Shown here piece by piece: positions 49,101 through 58,256 of a stretch of DNA of 64,000 bases. The notes below the pieces were generated by a model, which was given only the letters and a program-made list of their open reading frames with translations, did not search any database and was not told the origin of the DNA. Location: contig CAZMXG010000016.1 of the NCBI GenBank assembly GCA_964570175.1, forward strand, positions 9,746-73,745. The letters are read 5' to 3'. Position 1 is the stretch's first letter; each line of letters begins with the position of its first letter. A program made the position numbers and the translations under genes. This DNA is from an uncultured Heliomicrobium sp. (GTDB lineage Bacteria > Acidobacteriota > Blastocatellia > RBC074).

Positions 49101-50219
49101 TCAATTGCGTTCAACTTGTTCGGCCAATAACTGGCGAATAATGGGAACCAGCTTATCACAACCATCAAGCAATACGTCTGTTGTCGGAGTTACATAACGT
49201 CGTTCGTAATCTGCGATTGTCGAACGAACTTCGGCTTCGGTCATGGATTCGTGATTGATGGTCAAGGCGATAACTGGCTTTTGCGCCAGCAGTTCCAGAA
49301 TCTGAATCTCGCGTTCCAGCATGCTCATCGGGTACTCATCAAAACCGTCATAAACTTTTCGCGCCGGAGCGTGCTGCAAAATCACGCCATCCACCCGTCC
49401 GGCGGCGATCAACTCAAAGCCTCCGGGATACGCCGGATGCGCGATGCTGCCTTGCCCTTCCAGCAAAATGACCTGCGGATGTTCGTTGATCCAGGCTTCG
49501 TAAACTGCGTGTTCGATTTCACCCGTGACGAAATCGTTGACCAGAGAATCCAGCAGCAAGCCATACTTCACGCCCTGCAACCACGAAGTCTGCCCTGTGC
49601 CGATCAACTCGCTTTTGATGCCTGCGGCATTCAGCGCCTGGTTCAGTTTGACCGCAGTTGTGCGTTTGCCAATCGCCGAATCGGTGCCGAGCACTGCCAG
49701 CTTCAGCGCCTTCACTTCTTCGATTTTGCCGGTAAAAAAATGAAGCTGCGAACGCGGTGGCGTCCGGCGAACGTCGCGGATGTTGACTTGATGCTGTTTA
49801 GCCAGCGCGGCGAACTCTGCGTCTTCGGAAAGAAACTCATGCAAGCCGCTGTCCACGTTCAAACCAGCCGCAAGTGCCTGCTTGACGGCCAGCCGAGCCG
49901 TTTCCGGCAATTTGCCGCCGTCCGGAGCCAAACCAATGACAAAGAACTTCGGGCGCTCGACGGCTTTTTCAAACGCTTCGTTGAAGCTGGCAAAAATCGG
50001 AATGCCCGCCGGTTTGCCGTCCAACACTTCGCCTGCATCGCGCCCAGCTTTGGTGGAATCAATGACACCGACGACCTTGTAACGCGCGGTAAACCGCACC
50101 AAACCATTGGCTGTTTTGCCAACGGGAGTGGCGAAAGCTTCTTCGCAATAAACGATTGCTGAACCGTCCATATTTTCTTTGATGATTACCTGTTCTGGGA
50201 TTTGGAATTGATAGGGCAT
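49101..50219 (-). CDS. DUF1611 (DgcN-like) domain protein
   Basis: The N-terminal AIVYCEEAFATPVGKTANGLVRFTARYKVVGVIDS resembles the DUF1611_N Rossmann-like region. A GGTGGA Shine-Dalgarno precedes ATG 50219. Confidence 0.55.
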   Translation of the reverse strand: MPYQFQIPEQVIIKENMDGSAIVYCEEAFATPVGKTANGLVRFTARYKVVGVIDSTKAGRDAGEVLDGKPAGIPIFASFNEAFEKAVERPKFFVIGLAPDGGKLPETARLAVKQALAAGLNVDSGLHEFLSEDAEFAALAKQHQVNIRDVRRTPPRSQLHFFTGKIEEVKALKLAVLGTDSAIGKRTTAVKLNQALNAAGIKSELIGTGQTSWLQGVKYGLLLDSLVNDFVTGEIEHAVYEAWINEHPQVILLEGQGSIAHPAYPGGFELIAAGRVDGVILQHAPARKVYDGFDEYPMSMLEREIQILELLAQKPVIALTINHESMTEAEVRSTIADYERRYVTPTTDVLLDGCDKLVPIIRQLLAEQVERN

Positions 50220-50331
50220 CTTCCACCTTTGGCCGAAAGCTGGCAAGCGAGTGAACTCTTGCGGACGGCAAGCTACGGTTGTATGTTCGCCGCGCTTTCA
50301 ATCATTCCATCACCTGAAGGAGTTCATCCAA

Positions 50332-52110
50332 ATGTCCAACCGCTTCCATTTGCTGCGGATGACAGCGCTTGCTGTCATTGTCGCCACGCTCGCTTCGTTT
50401 TCATTTTCGCAAGCTCCGGCCAAAGCGCCAGCCCGTTACGAAGTTTCCATTCGCGCAGGAGTTCCCGTCAAAATGCGCGACGGCGTGACGCTGATTGCCG
50501 ATGTCTACAGCCCCAAAGCCGAAGGAAAATTCCCTGTGCTGTTGACGCGAACGCCGTACAACCGGCGCGATCCGATGACCGGAACGTTTCTGGCTTCGCA
50601 CGGATACGTCGTTGTGCTGCAGGACACGCGCGGGCGCTTTGATTCCGGCGGCGAGTTTTATCCCTTCAAATACGAAAGCCAGGACGGATACGACACCGTC
50701 GAATGGGCTGCGGCGCTGGAAAACTCCAACGGAATGATTGGCACCTTCGGTGGTTCGTACGTTGGCGCAACACAAATGCTGGCGGCAATTGCGAAGCCTC
50801 CGCATCTGAAAGCGATTTTCCCCTACGTCACGGCTTCGGAATATTACGACGGCTGGACCTATCAAAGCGGCGCGTGGATGCAGGCGTTTTCCAGCACCTG
50901 GACGACCGGACTGGCGCAGGACACATTGCGCCGCAAAGCCTCCGCGATGGCGAACATGACCGAATGGATGAAGCAATTGCCAGTCGAAGATTACAAGTTG
51001 ATCGGCCAGCCGACCGCAGCCGATTATGCGCCGTATTTTCGCGATTGGATCGAACACGAGCGCAACGACGAGTACTGGAAGAAATGGAAGATTTCGGACC
51101 ATTACGCGGAACTCGACATCAAGGCGCTGCACAGCGGCGGCTGGCACGACATCTTTCTAAAAGGTTCCATCGGCAATTACGTCGGGATGCAAAAAAGTGC
51201 TGCTACGCCTGAAGCGCGCGCCAATCAACGCTTATTGGTTGGCCCCTGGGCGCATGCGGCGACTTCGGCCGAAGGCAAAATCGGCGATGTGACGTTCGGC
51301 AAACAAGCCGTGCTGGACATGAACGGCACGATTGTGAAGTGGATGGATTACGCGCTGAAAGGCGTGAAAAACGAATTCGCCACCGATTCGCCGGTCAAGC
51401 TGTTTGTCATGGGCGAAAACGTCTGGCGCGACGAAAAAGAGTTTCCACTGGCGCGCACGCAATACACCAAATACTTTTTCCATTCGGCCAAAGGTGCAAA
51501 TACGGCCAGCGGCGATGGCTCGCTTTCGACCAAAGCACCCGCCAGCGAAAAAGCTGACACCTTCGAATACGACCCAGCGAATCCGGTCCCGACGGTCGGT
51601 GGCCGACTTTGTTGCGGCGGAACCATGCCCGGACCGTTTAGCCAGCAACCCAACGAATCGCGCCAAGACGTTTTGGTCTTTTCGACTCCCGCGCTGGAAC
51701 GCGACGTTGAAACAACGGGTTACATCACGGTGGAGTTGTATGCGACAAGCTCAGCCGTGGACACTGATTTCACAGCCTTGATCGCAGATGTGGATTCAAC
51801 TGGCTACGCGCGGTTTCTGACGGATGGCATCGTTCGGGCCCGATACCGCAATTCGACCGAACGCGCTGAGCTGATTGAACCGGGCAAGGTTTACAAATAC
51901 ACGATTGATCTGTGGGCGACCAGCAACGTGTTCAAAGCCGGTCATAAGATTCGCGTGTACCTGTCCAGCAGCAATTTTCCGCGCTTCAATCGCAACCTGA
52001 ACACCGGCGAAGCGACGATGCACGGCACGAAGATGGTCAAAGCTCGGCAAACGATTTATCACGACGCCGAACATCCGTCGGCCATCGTGCTTCCTGTCAT
52101 TCCGCGCTAG
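50332..52110 (+). CDS. CocE/NonD family hydrolase (S15 X-Pro dipeptidyl-peptidase-like)
   Basis: A signal peptide is followed by LTRTPYNRR. The nucleophile elbow is GGSYVGA and a C-terminal beta-sandwich follows. A GAAGGAG Shine-Dalgarno precedes ATG 50332. Confidence 0.8.
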   Translation: MSNRFHLLRMTALAVIVATLASFSFSQAPAKAPARYEVSIRAGVPVKMRDGVTLIADVYSPKAEGKFPVLLTRTPYNRRDPMTGTFLASHGYVVVLQDTRGRFDSGGEFYPFKYESQDGYDTVEWAAALENSNGMIGTFGGSYVGATQMLAAIAKPPHLKAIFPYVTASEYYDGWTYQSGAWMQAFSSTWTTGLAQDTLRRKASAMANMTEWMKQLPVEDYKLIGQPTAADYAPYFRDWIEHERNDEYWKKWKISDHYAELDIKALHSGGWHDIFLKGSIGNYVGMQKSAATPEARANQRLLVGPWAHAATSAEGKIGDVTFGKQAVLDMNGTIVKWMDYALKGVKNEFATDSPVKLFVMGENVWRDEKEFPLARTQYTKYFFHSAKGANTASGDGSLSTKAPASEKADTFEYDPANPVPTVGGRLCCGGTMPGPFSQQPNESRQDVLVFSTPALERDVETTGYITVELYATSSAVDTDFTALIADVDSTGYARFLTDGIVRARYRNSTERAELIEPGKVYKYTIDLWATSNVFKAGHKIRVYLSSSNFPRFNRNLNTGEATMHGTKMVKARQTIYHDAEHPSAIVLPVIPR

Positions 52111-52177
52111 GAAGGCTTGGAGTGCGGCTGCCTTAGCGTCGCACTCCAGGTTCGCAACATTCTTTTGGAGAGCGACT

Positions 52178-53347
52178 TTGAAAAACATTTTTCGCGGCTT
52201 TTTTGTTTTTGCAATTGTTCTTGTGTCATTTGCTGGCAAAGCCACCAACGCGCAACCGCCTTCTCAACCACGCGGCTATTCGATCCCCACGATTGATCTT
52301 TCTGCTGAAACGCAACGACAAGTCGTCGTTGACCGCGAATCAGGCCAATACCTGGGACATCCGACGACGGTTTTGCTGGAAGACAAAAAGACGATCATTA
52401 CCGTTTACCCCAAAGGCCACGGGCGCGGAGCCATTCAGATGAAGCGTTCTGCTGACGGTGGTTTGACCTGGTCTGAAAGACTGGCGACTCCCAAAAGTTG
52501 GGAAACTTCGTTGGAAACGCCGACCATTCATCGCGTTATTGACCGCAAAGGCAAAAAGCGATTGATTGTGTTTTCTGGCTTGTATCCGATTCGGATGGCG
52601 GTTTCAGAAGATGACGGCAAATCGTGGAGCGAATTGAATCCGATCGGTGATTTTGGGGGAATCGTGGCCATGGGCAGCGTCGAACGGTTGAAGAATGGCG
52701 ATTACGTGGCGCTGTTTCACGACGACGGGCGCTTCTTTCGCAAAGACGGCAAACGGTCGGAATTCATGACGTTGTACCAAACGATCTCGAAAGACGGCGG
52801 GCTGACCTGGGGCGAACCACAGGAACTGTTCAAATCCGACAAGATTCACTTGTGCGAACCCGGCGTGATCCGTTCGCCCAACGGCAAACAACTGGCCATG
52901 CTGTTGCGCGAAAATCGCCGGGCGCGCAATTCGTACGTGATGTTTTCCAATGACGAAGCCAGAACCTGGAGCCAACCTGTGGAATTACCCGGCGCACTAA
53001 CTGGCGACCGGCACACTGGCAAATATGGGCCGGATGGCCGGTTGTTTATTTCCTTCCGCGACACGACGCTGGAATCTACAACCAAAGGCGACTGGGTCGC
53101 CTGGGTTGGCCGGTACGAAGACATCGTCAATCTGCGCGAAGGCCAATACCGCGTTCGGCTGATGGACAACCACAAAAACAAATCCGGCTGGGATGCGGAT
53201 TGCGCATATCCGGGTGTAGAGATTTTGCCGGATGGGACGTTTGTGACCACCACATACGGCCATTGGATCGCTGGCGAAGCGCCCTACATTGTCAGCATTC
53301 GGTTAACCCTGAAAGAATTGGACGCCAAAGCCGGATTGAAGAAATGA
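52178..53347 (+). CDS. BNR/Asp-box repeat sialidase-like glycoside hydrolase (secreted)
   Basis: A signal peptide is present, with four Asp-boxes (SADGGLTWSE, SEDDGKSWSE, SKDGGLTWGE, SNDEARTWSQ). The start is TTG with a GGAGAG Shine-Dalgarno. Confidence 0.75.
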   Translation: MKNIFRGFFVFAIVLVSFAGKATNAQPPSQPRGYSIPTIDLSAETQRQVVVDRESGQYLGHPTTVLLEDKKTIITVYPKGHGRGAIQMKRSADGGLTWSERLATPKSWETSLETPTIHRVIDRKGKKRLIVFSGLYPIRMAVSEDDGKSWSELNPIGDFGGIVAMGSVERLKNGDYVALFHDDGRFFRKDGKRSEFMTLYQTISKDGGLTWGEPQELFKSDKIHLCEPGVIRSPNGKQLAMLLRENRRARNSYVMFSNDEARTWSQPVELPGALTGDRHTGKYGPDGRLFISFRDTTLESTTKGDWVAWVGRYEDIVNLREGQYRVRLMDNHKNKSGWDADCAYPGVEILPDGTFVTTTYGHWIAGEAPYIVSIRLTLKELDAKAGLKK

Positions 53348-53350
53348 GAT

Positions 53351-55249
53351 TCATTTTTCGCCCAGCCAAGCCTTTCTCAGCGACTTGAGCGAATCAGCGG
53401 CGTCTCTGTTTTCGGAAATCGTGTACCGATCAAACGGTTTTATAGCCGCCGTCAGTTCAAACGTCATCAGTCGTTCACGTCGAAATACGGTCAGAATGAC
53501 TTTCTGCCCAGCGCGTAAGCTGTTGAACAATTCGCTGGCGCTGGCTGCGCTCAGCCGTTTTCCGTCAATCGCCACCAATTCGTCGTTGGTATTCAGGCCG
53601 CTTTCGTAAGCGGGCATATCGGAAGGCAGATTGGAAATGATGACGCGGTCGCCTTGCGCACGAAACGCAATGCCGAGCGTGCCCGGTTTATCCGTTTTGC
53701 TGGCGGCATAGGGCGTGCCGGGCTGATAGCTTTTTTCCAGCTTCAAGCCGGCTTTGTTGAAATAGGCGTTGAAATCAATTTCTTCGTTGCCGCTGACAAA
53801 CCGATTCCAGAAATCCGTCATGCTGGTTCCAGCAACTTTTTCGATGGTGGCTTTCAGTTCGCCGTCTGTGAAGCCTGGTTTGGGCAGGCCGTGATTTTCC
53901 AGCAGCAATCGCATGACATCGTCAAATGATTTTGCGCCACCGGTCAGCGAACGAATTTCCAGATCGAACAACAATCCCAGAATTTCGCCTTTGGTGTAAT
54001 AGCTCATGGCCGTATTCAGCGAGTTTTCGTCCGGACGGTAATGTTTAATCCAGGCGTCAAAGCTGGCCGATTCCGCGCTCTGTTTGAATCGTCCGGGCAA
54101 ACGTTCGTAACCGCTGATCAATCCGGCCAGCCCCGCAAAGTACTCGTCTGAACCGATCAAGCCTGCCCGGCGCAATAGCAAATCGCCGTAATAACTGGTG
54201 ACGCCTTCAGAAACCCACAACCCGCGCGTGTAATTTTCGCGTTGGTAATCAAATGGTCCCAACGCCAGCGGGCGAATTCGTTTGACGTTCCAATGATGAA
54301 AATACTCGTGCGATTCCAGCCCCAGAAAACCCTTGTAGCCGCGATCCGACGCAAACGCCTGCGGAGTCGTCATGCTGACGTTTGAATTCAAATGCTCTGT
54401 TCCGCCGCCGATTCCCGGCTGAACGTGAACAATGAACAGGTAATGTTCATACGGCAACCCGCCGAACATTTGCGCACCAACTTCGACAATTTTGGCCAGA
54501 TCGGCTTTTAGCCGTTCGTCGTTAAATTCATATTGCCCCCAGATTGCAATGCGATGTTTTTTGCCGCGCACGTCGAATTCCAGCTGCTTGTGTTTGCCGA
54601 CTTCCGTCGGGGAATCTACCAGGCGGTCGTAATCTTCGGCGGTGAAATAGCCGTCGGAATCCGCGGCTAATGCCAGCGTCGAAGCCACTTGCCAACCCGC
54701 AGGCGCAACAATTTTCAACCGGTGCGGTTGGTCTTTCGCCGAAGCCACGTACATAAAGATCCCTGCGCCATTGAAATACGCGTGCGTTGCATCCAGATGG
54801 CTGGTTTGCGTGGCCAATTCGTTGGCGTACACGCGATAGAAAACCTGAATTGTTTTTGGTTTGTCGGCAGAGGCACCCGCTTCGACGCGCCAGGTCGCTT
54901 TATCCACTTTCTGCCAGCGAAGCTGCCCTGCCTGTTCCCTGGAATTGAAATCCTGAACATTACGCGCGTACTCCCGAACAAGATACGAACCAGGCGTCCA
55001 AACCGGCAGCGAAACATCCAGTTGAGCCGTTGTCACGTTGCTGATGGTCAGTTCCACTTCGTATAGATGCGTGTGCGGATTTGGAAACGACAGCACGTAG
55101 CTCAAACTTGGCGGTTTGACTATTGTTGTCGTAGCAGTTGCTGACTTTGGCTTGTTTGGTTGCCCGAAAGCATGCGCGCTGAATGCAAAAACAATTGCCA
55201 AACAAACGCACAACATGACGAAGCGAGAGAAGCGATTCATCGTTTTCAA
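53351..55249 (-). CDS. M61 family glycyl aminopeptidase with C-terminal PDZ domain
   Basis: A signal peptide is present. The zinc site is HEYFHHWN (HExxH). The length is about 630 aa and a C-terminal PDZ-like segment is present (DELVAIDGKRLS). Confidence 0.8.
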   Translation of the reverse strand: MKTMNRFSRFVMLCVCLAIVFAFSAHAFGQPNKPKSATATTTIVKPPSLSYVLSFPNPHTHLYEVELTISNVTTAQLDVSLPVWTPGSYLVREYARNVQDFNSREQAGQLRWQKVDKATWRVEAGASADKPKTIQVFYRVYANELATQTSHLDATHAYFNGAGIFMYVASAKDQPHRLKIVAPAGWQVASTLALAADSDGYFTAEDYDRLVDSPTEVGKHKQLEFDVRGKKHRIAIWGQYEFNDERLKADLAKIVEVGAQMFGGLPYEHYLFIVHVQPGIGGGTEHLNSNVSMTTPQAFASDRGYKGFLGLESHEYFHHWNVKRIRPLALGPFDYQRENYTRGLWVSEGVTSYYGDLLLRRAGLIGSDEYFAGLAGLISGYERLPGRFKQSAESASFDAWIKHYRPDENSLNTAMSYYTKGEILGLLFDLEIRSLTGGAKSFDDVMRLLLENHGLPKPGFTDGELKATIEKVAGTSMTDFWNRFVSGNEEIDFNAYFNKAGLKLEKSYQPGTPYAASKTDKPGTLGIAFRAQGDRVIISNLPSDMPAYESGLNTNDELVAIDGKRLSAASASELFNSLRAGQKVILTVFRRERLMTFELTAAIKPFDRYTISENRDAADSLKSLRKAWLGEK

Positions 55250-55387
55250 CTCCTGTTTGAACTTTGTTGGATATGCCGGAAAGGCCGTTGGAAGATAGCA
55301 CGCAGGCTCGCAAAGGTGAACGCAGGCAATTCCCGGAGAAATCTAAGTTGTGGCGCACTTCCACGGCTTCAAGGAGCGTGATAGATT

Positions 55388-56017
55388 TTGCCCATGCGAA
55401 GCAGACGAACAGCCGTGCGGAGAATTGTCACACCGGAACAGGTGTTGACTGCCTATCAGCAAGGGTACTTTCCCATGTCACGCGGCCGGTATGGAGAAAT
55501 TGATTGGTTTATGTCCGAACCAAGAACCATTATCCCGCTGGATGACAGGTTTAGAGTGCGCCGTTCGCTGCGGCAGGCCATGCGGAAAACCGATTACAAA
55601 ATCAGAATCAATTCAAATTTTAACGCCATCATACGAGCTTGCGCCCGGCACGATGAAGTTCATCCCGAAGAAGTTTGGCTGAGCGAAGACATGATCGCAC
55701 TGTATCTGGAATTGCACCGGCGCGGGTTCGCGCATTCAGTGGAAGTTTGGCAAGACGGGCAAATCGCCGCCGGGCTGTATGGCATTTCCATCAAGTCTGC
55801 CTTTTTCGGTGAATCTATGTTCACGCGCATAGACTTTGGTTCGCAGATTGCGCTGGTGGCATTGGCTGAACGCTTGCGGCAAAAAGACTTCAAGTTGCTC
55901 GATGCGCAAATGCGCACACCCCACGTTGGTCATTTTGGGGCAATAGATATGACGCATGAAGAATATCTGACCGTGCTGGCGGCGGCGATGACGGATGAAC
56001 GAAAATTTGTAGATTGA
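55388..56017 (+). CDS. aat: Leucyl/phenylalanyl-tRNA--protein transferase
   Basis: The core is AYQQGYFPM...GEIDWFMSEPRTIIPLD...HSVEVWQDGQIAAGLYGISIKSAFFGESMF. The start is TTG 55388 or ATG 55394. Confidence 0.85.
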   Translation: MPMRSRRTAVRRIVTPEQVLTAYQQGYFPMSRGRYGEIDWFMSEPRTIIPLDDRFRVRRSLRQAMRKTDYKIRINSNFNAIIRACARHDEVHPEEVWLSEDMIALYLELHRRGFAHSVEVWQDGQIAAGLYGISIKSAFFGESMFTRIDFGSQIALVALAERLRQKDFKLLDAQMRTPHVGHFGAIDMTHEEYLTVLAAAMTDERKFVD

Positions 56018-56084
56018 ATTAATTGCTCTTGGTGTCTTCTGGGAAGACGACGCCACAAACATTTCTCCAAGGAGGATAAATACT

Positions 56085-56846
56085 ATGCAAGCAGAAAGAT
56101 ATGTTCGTTCCGGAAACTATGTCGGCGAGCAGCTTAAATCCGACCTGTATTCGATCCGAGGCCTGGTGCTGGCCGTGTTTGCCGGGTTGCTGTTGATGTT
56201 TTTAGGCTTTCGCGCGCTGCCGGTTGAAAGCACGCCGTTGGTGGCCAAAGTCATGTGCCTGCTCAGTTTGTCCATTGCGGCAGGCGGAGTTGGAGCCTAC
56301 CTGGGCCGCAACATCCAAAGCCTGATTGCTGCCATCGGTTTATTCCTTCTGGCAATGGTTGGCATGTTCGTCGTTCGCGCGGCGGGTGGAGGCTTGCTGG
56401 CCGTTGGCTTGTTGATGGGGTGGAGCGGAATTTTCGGAATGATGATTGGGCCGTTTGTGTCTTATGCTGTTAGCGAAGAAGGTCCAGGGATTGTCATTCA
56501 GTCGCTGACGGGCACAACTGCCGTGATGATCATCACGGGCATTGTGGCCATGACTTCCGGCATCAACTTTTCAGCGTTGGGACCGATCCTGATGATTGGA
56601 TTGCTGGGTTTGATTGTGGTCGGCTTGGTCGGAATGTTCGTTAGATTTTCCAGGACAGTCAATCTCGTGTATTCGATCCTGGGCATCCTGATCTTCTCCG
56701 GCCTGTTTCTCTTCAAGTTTTTCAACTTGAGCAAGAGTGAAAACACCTGGGAAGCGGCGGTTGCGAACGCGATGAGCATCTACATTACCTTCGTCAATTT
56801 CTTCACCACACTGCTGCAATTGCTGCTGTCTATGAAGAGACGATAG
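56085..56846 (+). CDS. Seven-TM membrane protein, Bax-inhibitor-1/YccA-like (tentative)
   Basis: About 7 transmembrane helices and a basic C-terminal tail. An AAGGAGG Shine-Dalgarno precedes the start. Confidence 0.35.
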   Translation: MQAERYVRSGNYVGEQLKSDLYSIRGLVLAVFAGLLLMFLGFRALPVESTPLVAKVMCLLSLSIAAGGVGAYLGRNIQSLIAAIGLFLLAMVGMFVVRAAGGGLLAVGLLMGWSGIFGMMIGPFVSYAVSEEGPGIVIQSLTGTTAVMIITGIVAMTSGINFSALGPILMIGLLGLIVVGLVGMFVRFSRTVNLVYSILGILIFSGLFLFKFFNLSKSENTWEAAVANAMSIYITFVNFFTTLLQLLLSMKRR

Positions 56847-56862
56847 GCTGGAAAAACAGAGC

Positions 56863-56894
56863 GGGCGGAAAGCAATATCAATGTCTTTCCGCCC
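56863..56894. terminator. Perfect 10-bp GC-rich hairpin between convergent genes (candidate bidirectional terminator)
   Basis: The stem is gggcggaaag / ctttccgccc with a 12-nt loop, followed by cttatgttt. Confidence 0.55.
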
Positions 56895-56901
56895 CTTATG
56901 T

Positions 56902-58245
56902 TTAAGCCGCCAAAGCCGCCTGCCACAATGCGTGTGCCACTTCCGGATGGGAAATGTCACTGTGCGCGCCCACAACGCCTCCGCCGTTTTTGATCACGTC
57001 GCTGCTTTCCAGGTTATAAATCTTTCCGGGTTTGAAATTGTAAGCCTCGCTGACCGGCTTCATTTTCAATCCTTCGGTGTTTACATCCATTCCCTGAATT
57101 CCGAACGCGCCAAGCGATCCGATTTTCGGAAGTTCCCCGGCAAAGGAAACCTGCCCGGCGATGCCTGCTCCGACCTTGTATAAGAACCCGCAAGCCCGGT
57201 CGAATTCGGATTGCGTTGTTACAATCGGCCCTCTCACGCGCGCATTTTTCATCAGCCGGGTAAAGTATCCGGGTTTGCCCGCATCGTGCGGAATGCTGGG
57301 ACAATACGCCCAGATTGAAAGCGCGCCTTGCACCAGCGTCATCGAATCAACCGGAGCCTGCGGAGTTGTATCACCTGACTTGCCCGCAGCAATCGCTGTG
57401 ACAACAGCGCATCCGAAGCTATGCCCCATCAAATGAATGTGAATTTCGCGCCCAGCGTCAGCCGCCGTTTTCTGAATCGCGCGCAGGAAAGCATTGCCGC
57501 CGCCTTCGCCGAACTGCCTGGCGCGGCTTTTCATTTCCCAGAAACTGAACGTTCGCAACGGCGCCAGCAACGTCCCGAAAAACGAAACCTTGCTGAAGCT
57601 GCCAGTTTGAAGATCTTCGCTCTCTTGTTTCAACGCATCCTGGAACATTTGTTCCGGATCGTAATTGGGGACTTCCGCATCAATCGCGGCATTTTCCGAA
57701 CCACTTTCCAGTTTCAGCGCCTTGGCCAATTCCAGATACGCGGCGCGAACATTTTCCGGCAAAGTGGAATGCTCATCCAATGCCGCCGTGACAATTGTTG
57801 TCAAGGGTTTGCGAATCCCGCGCACTTTACCTAACCGTTCAACGTAATCGTCAACGGTGGCTTTGACGATCTTTTTGACCTCACTTTGGGGGTCGAAGCC
57901 AAATGATCCGTTGTCTTCTTCGTCTCCCCAAGGCAAGCTCGGCCAATGCAATCCGACAAACATCGGCTTGAAACCAGGGCGTTTCTTTTTCATCGCCTCC
58001 AGGTCAGCCTGGCAGGTAAACAGATTCGGAATCCATTTGTCGTATTGTGCAATGGCAGCTGGAACGTCGCCCATCCAACCGTGGCTCATGATAATGACGT
58101 CTGTGTAACCACCGTTTTTCAACTCTTTTAGCAACTCAGAACTTGGCACCCCATTTTCGCCACCGAACCGTTCCTTGCCGTCTTTGTCAAAATTGACCAG
58201 ATAATATTTTTGGTCCGTGTTTCCGGGAATTGGTTTGATTAACAT
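56902..58245 (-). CDS. Alpha/beta-hydrolase fold serine esterase/lipase-like protein (third gene of the CHAT operon)
   Basis: The nucleophile elbow is HLMGHSFGC (GxSxG). An upstream segment DVIIMSHGWMG is present. An AGGAG Shine-Dalgarno lies 5 nt before ATG 58245, 11 nt after the upstream gene's stop. Confidence 0.6.
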   Translation of the reverse strand: MLIKPIPGNTDQKYYLVNFDKDGKERFGGENGVPSSELLKELKNGGYTDVIIMSHGWMGDVPAAIAQYDKWIPNLFTCQADLEAMKKKRPGFKPMFVGLHWPSLPWGDEEDNGSFGFDPQSEVKKIVKATVDDYVERLGKVRGIRKPLTTIVTAALDEHSTLPENVRAAYLELAKALKLESGSENAAIDAEVPNYDPEQMFQDALKQESEDLQTGSFSKVSFFGTLLAPLRTFSFWEMKSRARQFGEGGGNAFLRAIQKTAADAGREIHIHLMGHSFGCAVVTAIAAGKSGDTTPQAPVDSMTLVQGALSIWAYCPSIPHDAGKPGYFTRLMKNARVRGPIVTTQSEFDRACGFLYKVGAGIAGQVSFAGELPKIGSLGAFGIQGMDVNTEGLKMKPVSEAYNFKPGKIYNLESSDVIKNGGGVVGAHSDISHPEVAHALWQAALAA

Positions 58246-58256
58246 GATGTCTCCTT

